From Candidatus Micrarchaeota archaeon (GTDB lineage Archaea > Micrarchaeota > Micrarchaeia > Norongarragalinales > SBBD01): a DNA stretch of 29,729 nt. The notes under the pieces are model-generated. The model did not search any database, was not told where the DNA came from, and worked only from the letters and a program-made list of their open reading frames with translations. Shown here in pieces: positions 18,625 through 26,646 of the stretch. Location: positions 1 through 29,729 of the forward strand of contig JBBSVW010000028.1 of assembly GCA_038046605.1 (NCBI GenBank). The letters are read 5' to 3'. The first letter of the stretch is position 1; every line of letters starts with the position of its first letter. The translations under genes and the position numbers were made by a program.

Positions 18625-19273
18625 TTTCCGCAAACTCCCCCAAATCCCTGACCTTCCTGCCCTTCTCAACCGGAAATTCCGTTTTCTTGCGTTCCAGAAA
18701 GTAGGCGTCGATCCCAACTTTCCTAGCTGAAACGTAATCGAATTGGTAGTCATCGCCTATATGGGTGAGCTCTGTTGGGGGGATTCCCATCCTGTTGCAC
18801 GCCTCCAAATAGCCCCTAGGTTCGCCTTTGATACATCCAAAATCAGATGTGGCGGAGAAGACGCGAGTGAAGTACTTTTCCAGATTTTCCACTCGTAATT
18901 TGAAATTGATGAATTCACGGGTGGCATTGGAAATCACAATCAACTCGTAGCTTTTGCTCAATTTCCTAAGGGCGGGGATGGTATCCGGATAAAGGTTAAT
19001 GAGGTGGCTGCTTTCCTTCAGAATTGTGTTGTAATCCTCTGCAAGGCCAAGTTCCCTAAACCAGAACTTGATGTCATACCATCTTGCATCCTTGTCCCCC
19101 ACGTACGCATAGGCTGCAAACACGGCGCTTTTTGCGGTCTCAAAATCAAGATTGTTCTTCTTTGCAAACAGCCGCGGGATTTCGGTCAGCCATACGGCCT
19201 TCTCGAAGTTGAGGTCCGCCAGCGTTCCGTCGAGGTCGAAGGAGATGATACGTTTTTTTGTCATGGAAAACAT
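18608..19273 (-). CDS. HAD-superfamily hydrolase
   Basis: Motif I FDLDGT, motif II ISN, motif III K and motif IV HIGDDYQFD. Confidence 0.93.
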   Translation of the reverse strand: MFSMTKKRIISFDLDGTLADLNFEKAVWLTEIPRLFAKKNNLDFETAKSAVFAAYAYVGDKDARWYDIKFWFRELGLAEDYNTILKESSHLINLYPDTIPALRKLSKSYELIVISNATREFINFKLRVENLEKYFTRVFSATSDFGCIKGEPRGYLEACNRMGIPPTELTHIGDDYQFDYVSARKVGIDAYFLERKKTEFPVEKGRKVRDLGEFAEIILAH

Positions 19274-19330
19274 TAGGTGACCTGATTATTTATCCCCATT
19301 CCAAGACTGGGCTTGTAACCTTTTTTCCGC

Positions 19331-19795
19331 TTAAAATTTGAAATCCGCCTCCCCGTAGACCTTTTCGCAGTAGTCACAGACGAGCTTCAGGGGGTTGCGC
19401 TCCTTGATGTGGAGCTTTGATTGGCCCTCCTTGTTTGTTATGCAATTGGGGTTGGGGCAGGGAAGCACCCCTTCGAGGGAATCCGGAAGCTTCACCTTGT
19501 ATTTCTCAATCACTTCGTAATCCTTGATCACGTTGATTGTGGCATAAGGCGCTATTAGTGCGATTTTCTCAAGTTCCTTCTTCTTGAGGTCCCTCCCCTC
19601 AATCTTGATGATGTCCTTGAGGCCGGATGTTGCTGATGGAACGTTGATCAGGACGGAAATCGTCGCCTTGAAACTTTCATCGATCCCAAGGATTGAGAGC
19701 AATTTAACCGCCCTTCCCTGCGGCACATGATCAATCACAATGCCGGTTTCTATTTTCTTGACTTTCAGGATGTCCTTTTCGGTTTGCTTTGGCAT
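19331..19795 (-). CDS. pyrI: Aspartate carbamoyltransferase regulatory chain
   Basis: Motifs GIVIDHV, KDIIKIE, CPNPNCIT and CDYCE, downstream of pyrB. Start set at ATG 19795. Confidence 0.97.
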   Translation of the reverse strand: MPKQTEKDILKVKKIETGIVIDHVPQGRAVKLLSILGIDESFKATISVLINVPSATSGLKDIIKIEGRDLKKKELEKIALIAPYATINVIKDYEVIEKYKVKLPDSLEGVLPCPNPNCITNKEGQSKLHIKERNPLKLVCDYCEKVYGEADFKF

Positions 19796-19921
19796 ATGAA
19801 TTACCTTTTTTATTATTTGATTGAATAGCAAATATTGTTGTTGAACAATTTATTCCCCGCATTTACCATTCTATTCCAATTCCGTATTTTCCATTCAATT
19901 TTATTTTACCCTATTTGTTCC

Positions 19922-20836
19922 TTAGCCGTTCAAAATCAATGATAATATTGCCATCCTCGTCGGGATGCCATTTGCCTCCTGCTCAAAATACTTTGCGCGC
20001 TTATCCGAATCGACCTCCGTTGCAATCTCATCTACCCTTGGGAGCGGGTGCATGAGCATCGCATCAGGTTTTGCGCTCTTCATCATTTCAGCATCGATCA
20101 CATAAGCCGCTTTCTTGTATTCCTCCGGATCCTCAATCCTCTCCTTCTGGATTCGGGTTGCATAGATCACATCGGCCTTTGAGAAATCAAGGGATGTCAG
20201 CTCCTCCACCTTTGATTGCTCCCTTAGGTCATTTAGCATGAATGAAGGGAAGCGCAATTGCTGCGGGGAATAATATTGCAATTTCACATCCTCGAATTTT
20301 GAAAGCGCATATGAAAGCGAATGGACCGTCCTTCCGTACTTCAAATCCCCAAGCATCAAGACCGTCAGCCCATCGATTTTCTTTTTCTCCTTTTTTATCG
20401 TGTACAAATCAAGCATTGCCTGCGTTGGATGCTGATTATTCCCATCGCCAGCATTAATCACCGGCACATCCGCCGTTGCGGCAGCAAGTGCCGCCGATCC
20501 CTCATTTGGATGGCGCATTACAAAGCAATCAACCTGCGGCTCCATCGCCTTTATGGTGTCATGGAGCGTTTCCCCCTTGCTGTGTGAGGATGTCTTGGGA
20601 TCGGAAAAGCCCAGTATTTCGCCCCCGAGTTTCCTCATTGCGGTTGTGAAGGAGAATTGAGTCCTGGTTGAGGGCTCATAAAAAAGCGATGCCATGACCT
20701 TGCCCTTAAGCTCAGTTAGGTGCTCTTTTTTGCGGAAAACGGAATCCATCTTTTCTGAGGCGGAAAGCACTTCCTCTATTTGCCTGCGTTCCATGCCTAC
20801 TGTTGATATGAAATCCTTTCCCTTGATGGATGACAT
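19922..20836 (-). CDS. pyrB: Aspartate carbamoyltransferase catalytic chain
   Basis: Motifs FYEPSTRT, KGETL, NAGDG, HPTQ, GDLKYGRTVHS and MHPLPR. Start set at ATG 20836 after GGGGGT. Confidence 0.98.
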   Translation of the reverse strand: MSSIKGKDFISTVGMERRQIEEVLSASEKMDSVFRKKEHLTELKGKVMASLFYEPSTRTQFSFTTAMRKLGGEILGFSDPKTSSHSKGETLHDTIKAMEPQVDCFVMRHPNEGSAALAAATADVPVINAGDGNNQHPTQAMLDLYTIKKEKKKIDGLTVLMLGDLKYGRTVHSLSYALSKFEDVKLQYYSPQQLRFPSFMLNDLREQSKVEELTSLDFSKADVIYATRIQKERIEDPEEYKKAAYVIDAEMMKSAKPDAMLMHPLPRVDEIATEVDSDKRAKYFEQEANGIPTRMAILSLILNG

Positions 20837-21063
20837 TTTTACCCCCCACGATGAATTGTGCCAAAATCGGCCCCGCATACCTTCCCATTAATTTTCTTGC
20901 CAAGGCTTTGCCTATAATAATTGCAACCCAAGCATCAGGAGTAATTATTGCGGGCGCATCTTTTAAAACCGCTTGCCAAAACTTCCTGCCCACCTGCGGA
21001 TAGTGTTTTTAATATGCCTGGGCAGGAATATATCCATTTGATCCAATTTTTCCGGTGATACCA

Positions 21064-21225
21064 ATGGTCGTAAAAGAGGAGGCGTGCTGCCCCAAATGCT
21101 TTACATACAAATCCTTCATCGTTCCCCTGGTTTTTGATGATGGCAACGCAACATTCAACTGCCCCCATGACAAGGCCCACATCTTTGTAGAGGACGAGGA
21201 GGGCTTCCTGATGAGCAAGGGATGA
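21064..21225 (+). CDS. Small (53 aa) putative zinc-finger protein, absent from the ORF track
   Basis: Sequence MVVKEEACCPKCFTYKSFIVPLVFDDGNATFNCPHDKAHIFVEDEEGFLMSKG. SD GGTGAT lies directly upstream and TATA-like TTTTTAATA at about 21006. Confidence 0.75.
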   Translation: MVVKEEACCPKCFTYKSFIVPLVFDDGNATFNCPHDKAHIFVEDEEGFLMSKG

Positions 21226-21234
21226 TGTTCAAAC

Positions 21235-21705
21235 ATGCCGTTTCCACCCGCAGCAACAATTCCCCCCCACCATGCCGAATCTGCATATGTCGTTGCCTTT
21301 AGGGTGCGTGTGGGGAAAGCGAATAAAGGGCTCGATTTCATCCTGCATCCCGAAAGGATTGATTCCGTCCATTTTGATGGTGCGAATTCGATGTTCCAGT
21401 TAAAGTATGAACCCATAGATGTCGATGCTTCTGCGAAACTTCACATAGAGCGGGTTGCATATAGGTGGAGGGATGCTTTCCTTAGGGAATTGAAAAAATC
21501 CACGCTTGATTCGGTGCGAGCTGATATCCGTTTTGAGGCAGATGAGGTCATGAAGCCTGATCCTTCGTTTAATCATCCGACCTATACCTACTCCCCGAAA
21601 ATGCTAATCTCCGTTTGGGCAAAAGGGCAAAAACGGAATAAAAATGCAGGCCCGAATTCATGGAAATTGAAATATGCAAGGGGTCAACTAGGAGGAAAAA
21701 AATAA
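21235..21705 (+). CDS. Hypothetical protein
   Basis: 156-aa ORF starting 9 nt after the small zinc-finger gene. Confidence 0.65.
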   Translation: MPFPPAATIPPHHAESAYVVAFRVRVGKANKGLDFILHPERIDSVHFDGANSMFQLKYEPIDVDASAKLHIERVAYRWRDAFLRELKKSTLDSVRADIRFEADEVMKPDPSFNHPTYTYSPKMLISVWAKGQKRNKNAGPNSWKLKYARGQLGGKK

Positions 21706-21738
21706 TCGTTGCGTATTTGCCCGGGTCGGATGGCGGTT

Positions 21739-23172
21739 TTATCCCTTAATCACTCCAATCGGAACCATCTTTGCAACAATCTTGCTTATTCCTGCAAGCT
21801 CGACCGCCCTAACGACCTCATCCACATTCTTGTAGGCTCCGCCGGCCTCTTCCGCGAGCAGTTCATAGCTTCCGGCCTCAATTGCCTGCCCCGATGCTTC
21901 CATTTGCTTAACGATATCCCTTCCTGAAAATCTCCGGATTGCCTCGTGCCTGCTCATCACCCGCCCTGCACCATGGCAGGAACTCCCGAACGTGAGCGCT
22001 GCACCGGGCTGGCCGCATAGCAAATATGAGGCCGTATTCATTGAACCCGGAATGATCACCGGCTGGCCCACATTCCTATAAGCCTGCGGGATTTCCTTCC
22101 TTCCCTTCCAGAATGCGCGCGTTGCGCCCTTCCGGTGGACGCAAACCTTCTTGGTTTTTCCCGCAACTTCGTGCTCTTCAAATTTAGCAATATTGTGGCA
22201 AACATCATAAACCAGCGATAAATCGTAATCCTCCCATCTCCCCCCAAGCACCTGCGCAAATGTCTCCCTTGCCCAATGCGTCATCAGCTGGCGGTTGTTG
22301 AATGCAAAATTTATTGCAGTCCTCATCGCCTGCAAATAATCCTGCGATTCCTTTGCATGAAGCGGCGCATATGAAAGCTCCCTATCCGGCAATTGCCAAT
22401 TGTTCTTTTGGATTGCCCCCATCATCGTTCTAATGAAATCATCGCATATCTGATGCCCATAGCCCCGGCTTCCGGAATGCACCATGATTGTGATCTGCCC
22501 TTCGTGGGTAATTCCAAATGCCTTGCCTATTTCAGGATCGAGGATTTTTTCCACTTTTTGGATTTCCATGAAATGGTTGCCGGCGCCAAGCGTCCCCAGC
22601 TGCGGGCCGCCGCGCTTTTTTGCCATATCGGAAACCAATGAATAATCGCTATCGCCAAAAAAGCCATTCTCCTCGCAATGCTCCAAATCCTTTTGGGTGC
22701 CATAGCCGTGATTGACCGCCCACCTAAGCCCTTCCGTTACCGCCTCCTCGAGCTGCTGGGGGTTAAGCCTAACCTTGCTCTTGCTGCCAACGCCAGATGG
22801 AACATTGGTGTAAAGCGCTGAGATGAGGGGTTTGAGCTTTGGACGGATGTCCTTTTCGCTAAGGTTTGTGCGTATCAACCGGACGCCACAATTTATGTCG
22901 TATCCTACTCCACCGGGCGAAACGATCCCATCATCCGGATCAAATGCTGCAACCCCCCCTATCGGGAAGCCATACCCTTCATGGCCATCGGGCATGACGT
23001 AGCTCGCCTCCAATATTCCTGGAAGCTGCGCCACATTTTGCGCCTGCCTAAAGGTCCTATCGCTCATCATCGACCCTAGCATCTCCGAGGTTGAAACTGC
23101 GCGAACAGGTACGCGCATGTCCCCTTCCTTGGGGGATTCGTATATTCCCTTCCTGAATTCCTTGAAATTCAC
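21739..23172 (-). CDS. rtcB: RNA-splicing/repair ligase RtcB
   Basis: Motifs PDGHEGYGFPIGG, VGYDINCG, GNHF, HSGSRG, HN, HRKGAT and HGAGR. GTG start with SD GGGTGAT. Confidence 0.98.
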   Translation of the reverse strand: MNFKEFRKGIYESPKEGDMRVPVRAVSTSEMLGSMMSDRTFRQAQNVAQLPGILEASYVMPDGHEGYGFPIGGVAAFDPDDGIVSPGGVGYDINCGVRLIRTNLSEKDIRPKLKPLISALYTNVPSGVGSKSKVRLNPQQLEEAVTEGLRWAVNHGYGTQKDLEHCEENGFFGDSDYSLVSDMAKKRGGPQLGTLGAGNHFMEIQKVEKILDPEIGKAFGITHEGQITIMVHSGSRGYGHQICDDFIRTMMGAIQKNNWQLPDRELSYAPLHAKESQDYLQAMRTAINFAFNNRQLMTHWARETFAQVLGGRWEDYDLSLVYDVCHNIAKFEEHEVAGKTKKVCVHRKGATRAFWKGRKEIPQAYRNVGQPVIIPGSMNTASYLLCGQPGAALTFGSSCHGAGRVMSRHEAIRRFSGRDIVKQMEASGQAIEAGSYELLAEEAGGAYKNVDEVVRAVELAGISKIVAKMVPIGVIKG

Positions 23173-23338
23173 CTTATCACCCGAGAGCTAAATTATGCCA
23201 ATTGGTGTTTTTAAGTGTATTTTTGCCTTTGCTTTGTTTAAAATGGCAATAAATTTAGCTGGTTTTCCATATCGGTCCATATGCGTTCAATGCTTTGCCT
23301 TTGGTTAGGTATAAATTTGCCCCTGCATTCACCTATCC

Positions 23339-23878
23339 ATGTGGAAATACCTATTGCTCTCTATAATATCAATTCTGATCATTGCCCAGTTTGGGCTTCT
23401 TGATGTTGGGGGGCTCCTCGAAAAACGCACTATCGGCATCCATGCTGACAAATCCGAATACAAAAGCGGGCAGGCCATCATTATCAATGCAACCGGAAGC
23501 GGAAGGAAGTATGTATCCATTGGCCAATTCCCCTTCGAATTCTTCAAATTCGGCGAAAAATCAAAGGCTTGGGAAAAGCTTGATGTAGGCAATGGCCCAC
23601 TCCCGAAAATTTATTGCAATAATGGCCGTATGGAACTCTCCGGCACAGCAGTTGATGACCGGCTGGTTTGCAGGCAGTTGGAGTCCATGCAATTCAAGTG
23701 GATGGGCAATTCGTGGAGAACTGTTCGCATCCCCTGCGGCCAATCCGAGCTGGACGAAACAAGGATTGTAAACGAGACCGGCAGGATTAAGGCGCAACTA
23801 ACGGTTTATGACGATTCAAGCTGCACAAAATTGAATGCGACCCTATCGGTTGAATTCCAAATCAACCCCCGAACATAA
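23339..23878 (+). CDS. Secreted or membrane-anchored beta-rich (Ig-like) protein with 4 Cys
   Basis: N-terminal hydrophobic segment and a DKSEYKSGQAIII pattern typical of Ig-like domain starts. Confidence 0.75.
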   Translation: MWKYLLLSIISILIIAQFGLLDVGGLLEKRTIGIHADKSEYKSGQAIIINATGSGRKYVSIGQFPFEFFKFGEKSKAWEKLDVGNGPLPKIYCNNGRMELSGTAVDDRLVCRQLESMQFKWMGNSWRTVRIPCGQSELDETRIVNETGRIKAQLTVYDDSSCTKLNATLSVEFQINPRT

Positions 23879-23950
23879 CGCCATTCTTATCCCCAAACAT
23901 AAACAATATTCTTATTAATGGCAAGCGGGAAATAGGAATGGAAGCTAATT

Positions 23951-25156
23951 ATGGCAAAGCGGTCAAAAATGAAAAAACGCAGGGCGGGGCAAGTTTTCCT
24001 CTATTTGCAATCGGGCTCTTCAATGCAAAAAAAGGGAATTTCAGCCAGCTCCATTGGTAGGCCCGGAAAAGTAGAGTTGGAAAAGAACCCCCAAGCAATC
24101 CCAAAATCAGCAATTTCCGCAGCCAATTCACCAAATGCGGTTATTGCAGCAAAGCAGCCAAAAAACCAGAAATCAATTTCCCAAATCAAGGATATTTCGC
24201 AAATCAAGAGCACTGCCGATGTTGCCGTATCCGATGCACTGATCGACCAGGTGATAGGGCAAAACAAGGCAATTGAAGTAATCAAGAAGGCGGCCATCCA
24301 AAAGCGAAACGTCCTTCTTGTGGGAACGCCCGGAACCGGCAAAAGCATGCTCGCACAGGCGATGGCCGAGCTCATGCCAATCGAGGAGCTTTCGGACATT
24401 GTAGTTACCGCCAACCGCGAGGATGACAACATGCCAAAAGTGAAGATACTAAAGGCGGGTGAGGGCAGGAAGATAATTTCCGGCGAGCGGATGCAAACAC
24501 GCATGACCGCAGGGAATACGAATTACATGATGATTGGCTTCATGATGCTTTCCATGATGATTGGGCTTTATATCCTTCCCAAATACTTTTCCGATGTGAT
24601 TGTTGCCGCAATGCTAATTGGGATGTTCCTAATGGGGGCGGCACTTGTTTTTGGGATGACACTTGGCAGGGGCAGGATGTTTGATACTGCCGAGAGCATG
24701 AAATTGATTGTGGATAATTCAGGGAAGAAGAAGGCGCCCTTTGTTGATGCTACTGGAAGCCGGGCAGGCGCACTTCTTGGGGATGTGAAGCACGATCCTT
24801 TTCAGTCATTTGATGGGAAGACAAAAATTGAGCTAAATGGTTCCCAAAAATCAATGGAGGACGCATGGAAGGAATACTCCGGCAAATTCCCAGTTGAAAG
24901 GAGGGATGATGGCTACGAATCAATCATTGTTCCCAAAAAGGCGAAGGCGAAAATCAAGGCAAGGAAAGGCAAAAAGATTGCCCAATCAAGGCTCCTAATC
25001 ATCAACCGAAGGCCATATGGTGGAAAGCTCGTTGGCATTAAGGTTGGGAAAAAAGGCACTTTGTTTACAACCCCGGAGCACGCCTACATTTCTAACCCAT
25101 CCGAAAAACGGGCAAGCAAATTAAGGAAGGGGATGAAGGTATTTGCTGAAAATTGA
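23951..25156 (+). CDS. lonB: Archaeal Lon protease (LonB) N-terminal half fused to an N-terminal intein fragment
   Basis: Motifs LIDQVIGQ, Walker A GTPGTGKS, two TM helices and APFVDATG...GALLGDVKHDPFQ. No Walker B or protease domain follows. The true start may be ATG 24023. Confidence 0.92.
   Translation: MAKRSKMKKRRAGQVFLYLQSGSSMQKKGISASSIGRPGKVELEKNPQAIPKSAISAANSPNAVIAAKQPKNQKSISQIKDISQIKSTADVAVSDALIDQVIGQNKAIEVIKKAAIQKRNVLLVGTPGTGKSMLAQAMAELMPIEELSDIVVTANREDDNMPKVKILKAGEGRKIISGERMQTRMTAGNTNYMMIGFMMLSMMIGLYILPKYFSDVIVAAMLIGMFLMGAALVFGMTLGRGRMFDTAESMKLIVDNSGKKKAPFVDATGSRAGALLGDVKHDPFQSFDGKTKIELNGSQKSMEDAWKEYSGKFPVERRDDGYESIIVPKKAKAKIKARKGKKIAQSRLLIINRRPYGGKLVGIKVGKKGTLFTTPEHAYISNPSEKRASKLRKGMKVFAEN
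24806..25153 (+). mobile_element. Split-intein N fragment (IntN, 116 aa)
   Basis: Block A-like SFDGKTKI (Ser1), block B TTPEH (TxxH, 25070-25081) and N4-like RASKLRKGMKV, then a stop. Confidence 0.85.
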
Positions 25157-25281
25157 GCTAATGTGCTGCCTGTTGTTTTTGCCAATTCTTCGGCTCTTCA
25201 CAATCGCCAATTAACCTGTTCCTCTCCGAAATTTTCCTAGTACCGATTGTTTTTTATATGTCTTTTGATTATCAAATTGGT

Positions 25282-26016
25282 ATGCCGAACTCCAAAGCCC
25301 AAACATCCCTGGAATATCTCTTCTTGCTTGGAGGCGTGCTTGTCACCTTGATTGCAGTCATAATCATTACTAGGGGCAATGTGTTTGGAACAACAAGCGG
25401 AGGGGTTGACAATACGACACTCACAATCAACCAGACCTTTGCTTCGGTCCAAGGAAAGGCGCCGGTAATTTCGAATGTACAAGTTACGGTTAGGGCCGAT
25501 ACTGCCATTATTTCATGGCAAACAGACCAGCTTACCTCTTCTTCCGTCGCCTACAAGCCTTCGGCTGGCACAGTTGATTCCTATGCCGGCTCAACAACCC
25601 AAGTTTCCTCTCACAAGGTTACCATTTCTAATATGCCCCTAACAACGTATTCCTACCAGGTCACCTCATGCAATACACAATCGCTTTGCGCAACCAGCAG
25701 CCCCGGATCGTTCACGATAGTTTTCTCCGGCATCTGTCCACAATTTGGACAAAGCTGCGGGAGCATTGTTCAATCATGCGGCTCGTTCTCGACCTGTACA
25801 ACGTCATCCAAATTTGACGCCTATTGCGATTGTGTACCAGATACTCCGGTTTGCATATCTTGCGGAACGTCCTCGAATCAAATTAAGGGATTCTGTCCCG
25901 CAGTAACGTGGTGTACCTGGACTTGCGCCAATCCTTGCACACTACCTGGTGGAGTACCAACCTGCGGCACTTGCACCGGCACTTGCAATCCTTGTGGTGG
26001 AGGCTCTGGAACTTGA
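25282..26016 (+). CDS. Class III signal peptide (pilin-like) protein with FN3-like domain and Cys-rich tail
   Basis: KA|QTSLEYLFLLGG prepilin motif and FN3-like PVISNVQV...IISWQTD...HKVTI...YSYQVTS. The last ~95 aa hold 16 Cys. Confidence 0.88.
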   Translation: MPNSKAQTSLEYLFLLGGVLVTLIAVIIITRGNVFGTTSGGVDNTTLTINQTFASVQGKAPVISNVQVTVRADTAIISWQTDQLTSSSVAYKPSAGTVDSYAGSTTQVSSHKVTISNMPLTTYSYQVTSCNTQSLCATSSPGSFTIVFSGICPQFGQSCGSIVQSCGSFSTCTTSSKFDAYCDCVPDTPVCISCGTSSNQIKGFCPAVTWCTWTCANPCTLPGGVPTCGTCTGTCNPCGGGSGT

Positions 26017-26130
26017 GTGTATTAGATATATTAATGCCCTGATTGCTACAGGCTAATTGGATAGTCTGGAGGAAAATATCATTCCCTTATTTTAGGCTTT
26101 AGTCAAGGCAAATATCCGCAAATCAAATCC

Positions 26131-26532
26131 CTACTTCTCCCCACTAATCCTAAGCAGCAGTTTCCTATCCATCGTCTCCATATATTCGATTTCCCTTCCG
26201 GTTTCCATATCCGGGCGCATATCCTCCGGGACCTCGACTTCGAATGTTTCATAGCTTGTCAAATCCATGAGCTGGGCGCTGTTGCCGGTTACCGCAACTA
26301 TCTGTGCGCGCTTCCTTTCGATTATTGGGATTTCAACATCCGCATCGGAGGGCCTTGCAAGCGAGCGCTTGGTTGAGTCGAATAGGCCAATAGCCACAAC
26401 GTTCAATTTCGCAGCGCCGTGCTTTCCCGGCTTGCTCTTGTCAATTGAAACTACCCTGCAGGGCACATCGTCGATCATGACATACTTGCCTACCTTCAAA
26501 TCGCCCATTGAACCAAATATCCTATCGACCAT
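26131..26532 (-). CDS. eif5a: Translation factor aIF5A (eIF-5A)
   Basis: Hypusine loop SKPGKHGAAK. SD GGGTGA precedes ATG 26532. Confidence 0.97.
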   Translation of the reverse strand: MVDRIFGSMGDLKVGKYVMIDDVPCRVVSIDKSKPGKHGAAKLNVVAIGLFDSTKRSLARPSDADVEIPIIERKRAQIVAVTGNSAQLMDLTSYETFEVEVPEDMRPDMETGREIEYMETMDRKLLLRISGEK

Positions 26533-26646
26533 GAAATTCACCCAAGTAAACAATAGAGGAATTGGATAATTTACTAGCTCAATATTTATAAACGTAGGGA
26601 GCGATTCTTCCTAACTATTCGCTGGCACATTTTAGGGGTGGACATC

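Noticed and set aside
20712-21416. Minus-strand ORFs 20712-20993, 20935-21180 and 21009-21416
   Set aside because: The region is better explained by pyrB, its promoter region and the plus-strand 53-aa and 156-aa genes.
21739-23172. Possible intein in rtcB
   Set aside because: All motifs are contiguous and the 477-aa length is normal.
25157-26130. Frameshifted continuation of lonB downstream
   Set aside because: No SGG.TP, Walker B or protease motifs are seen, and the region encodes a pilin-like protein.
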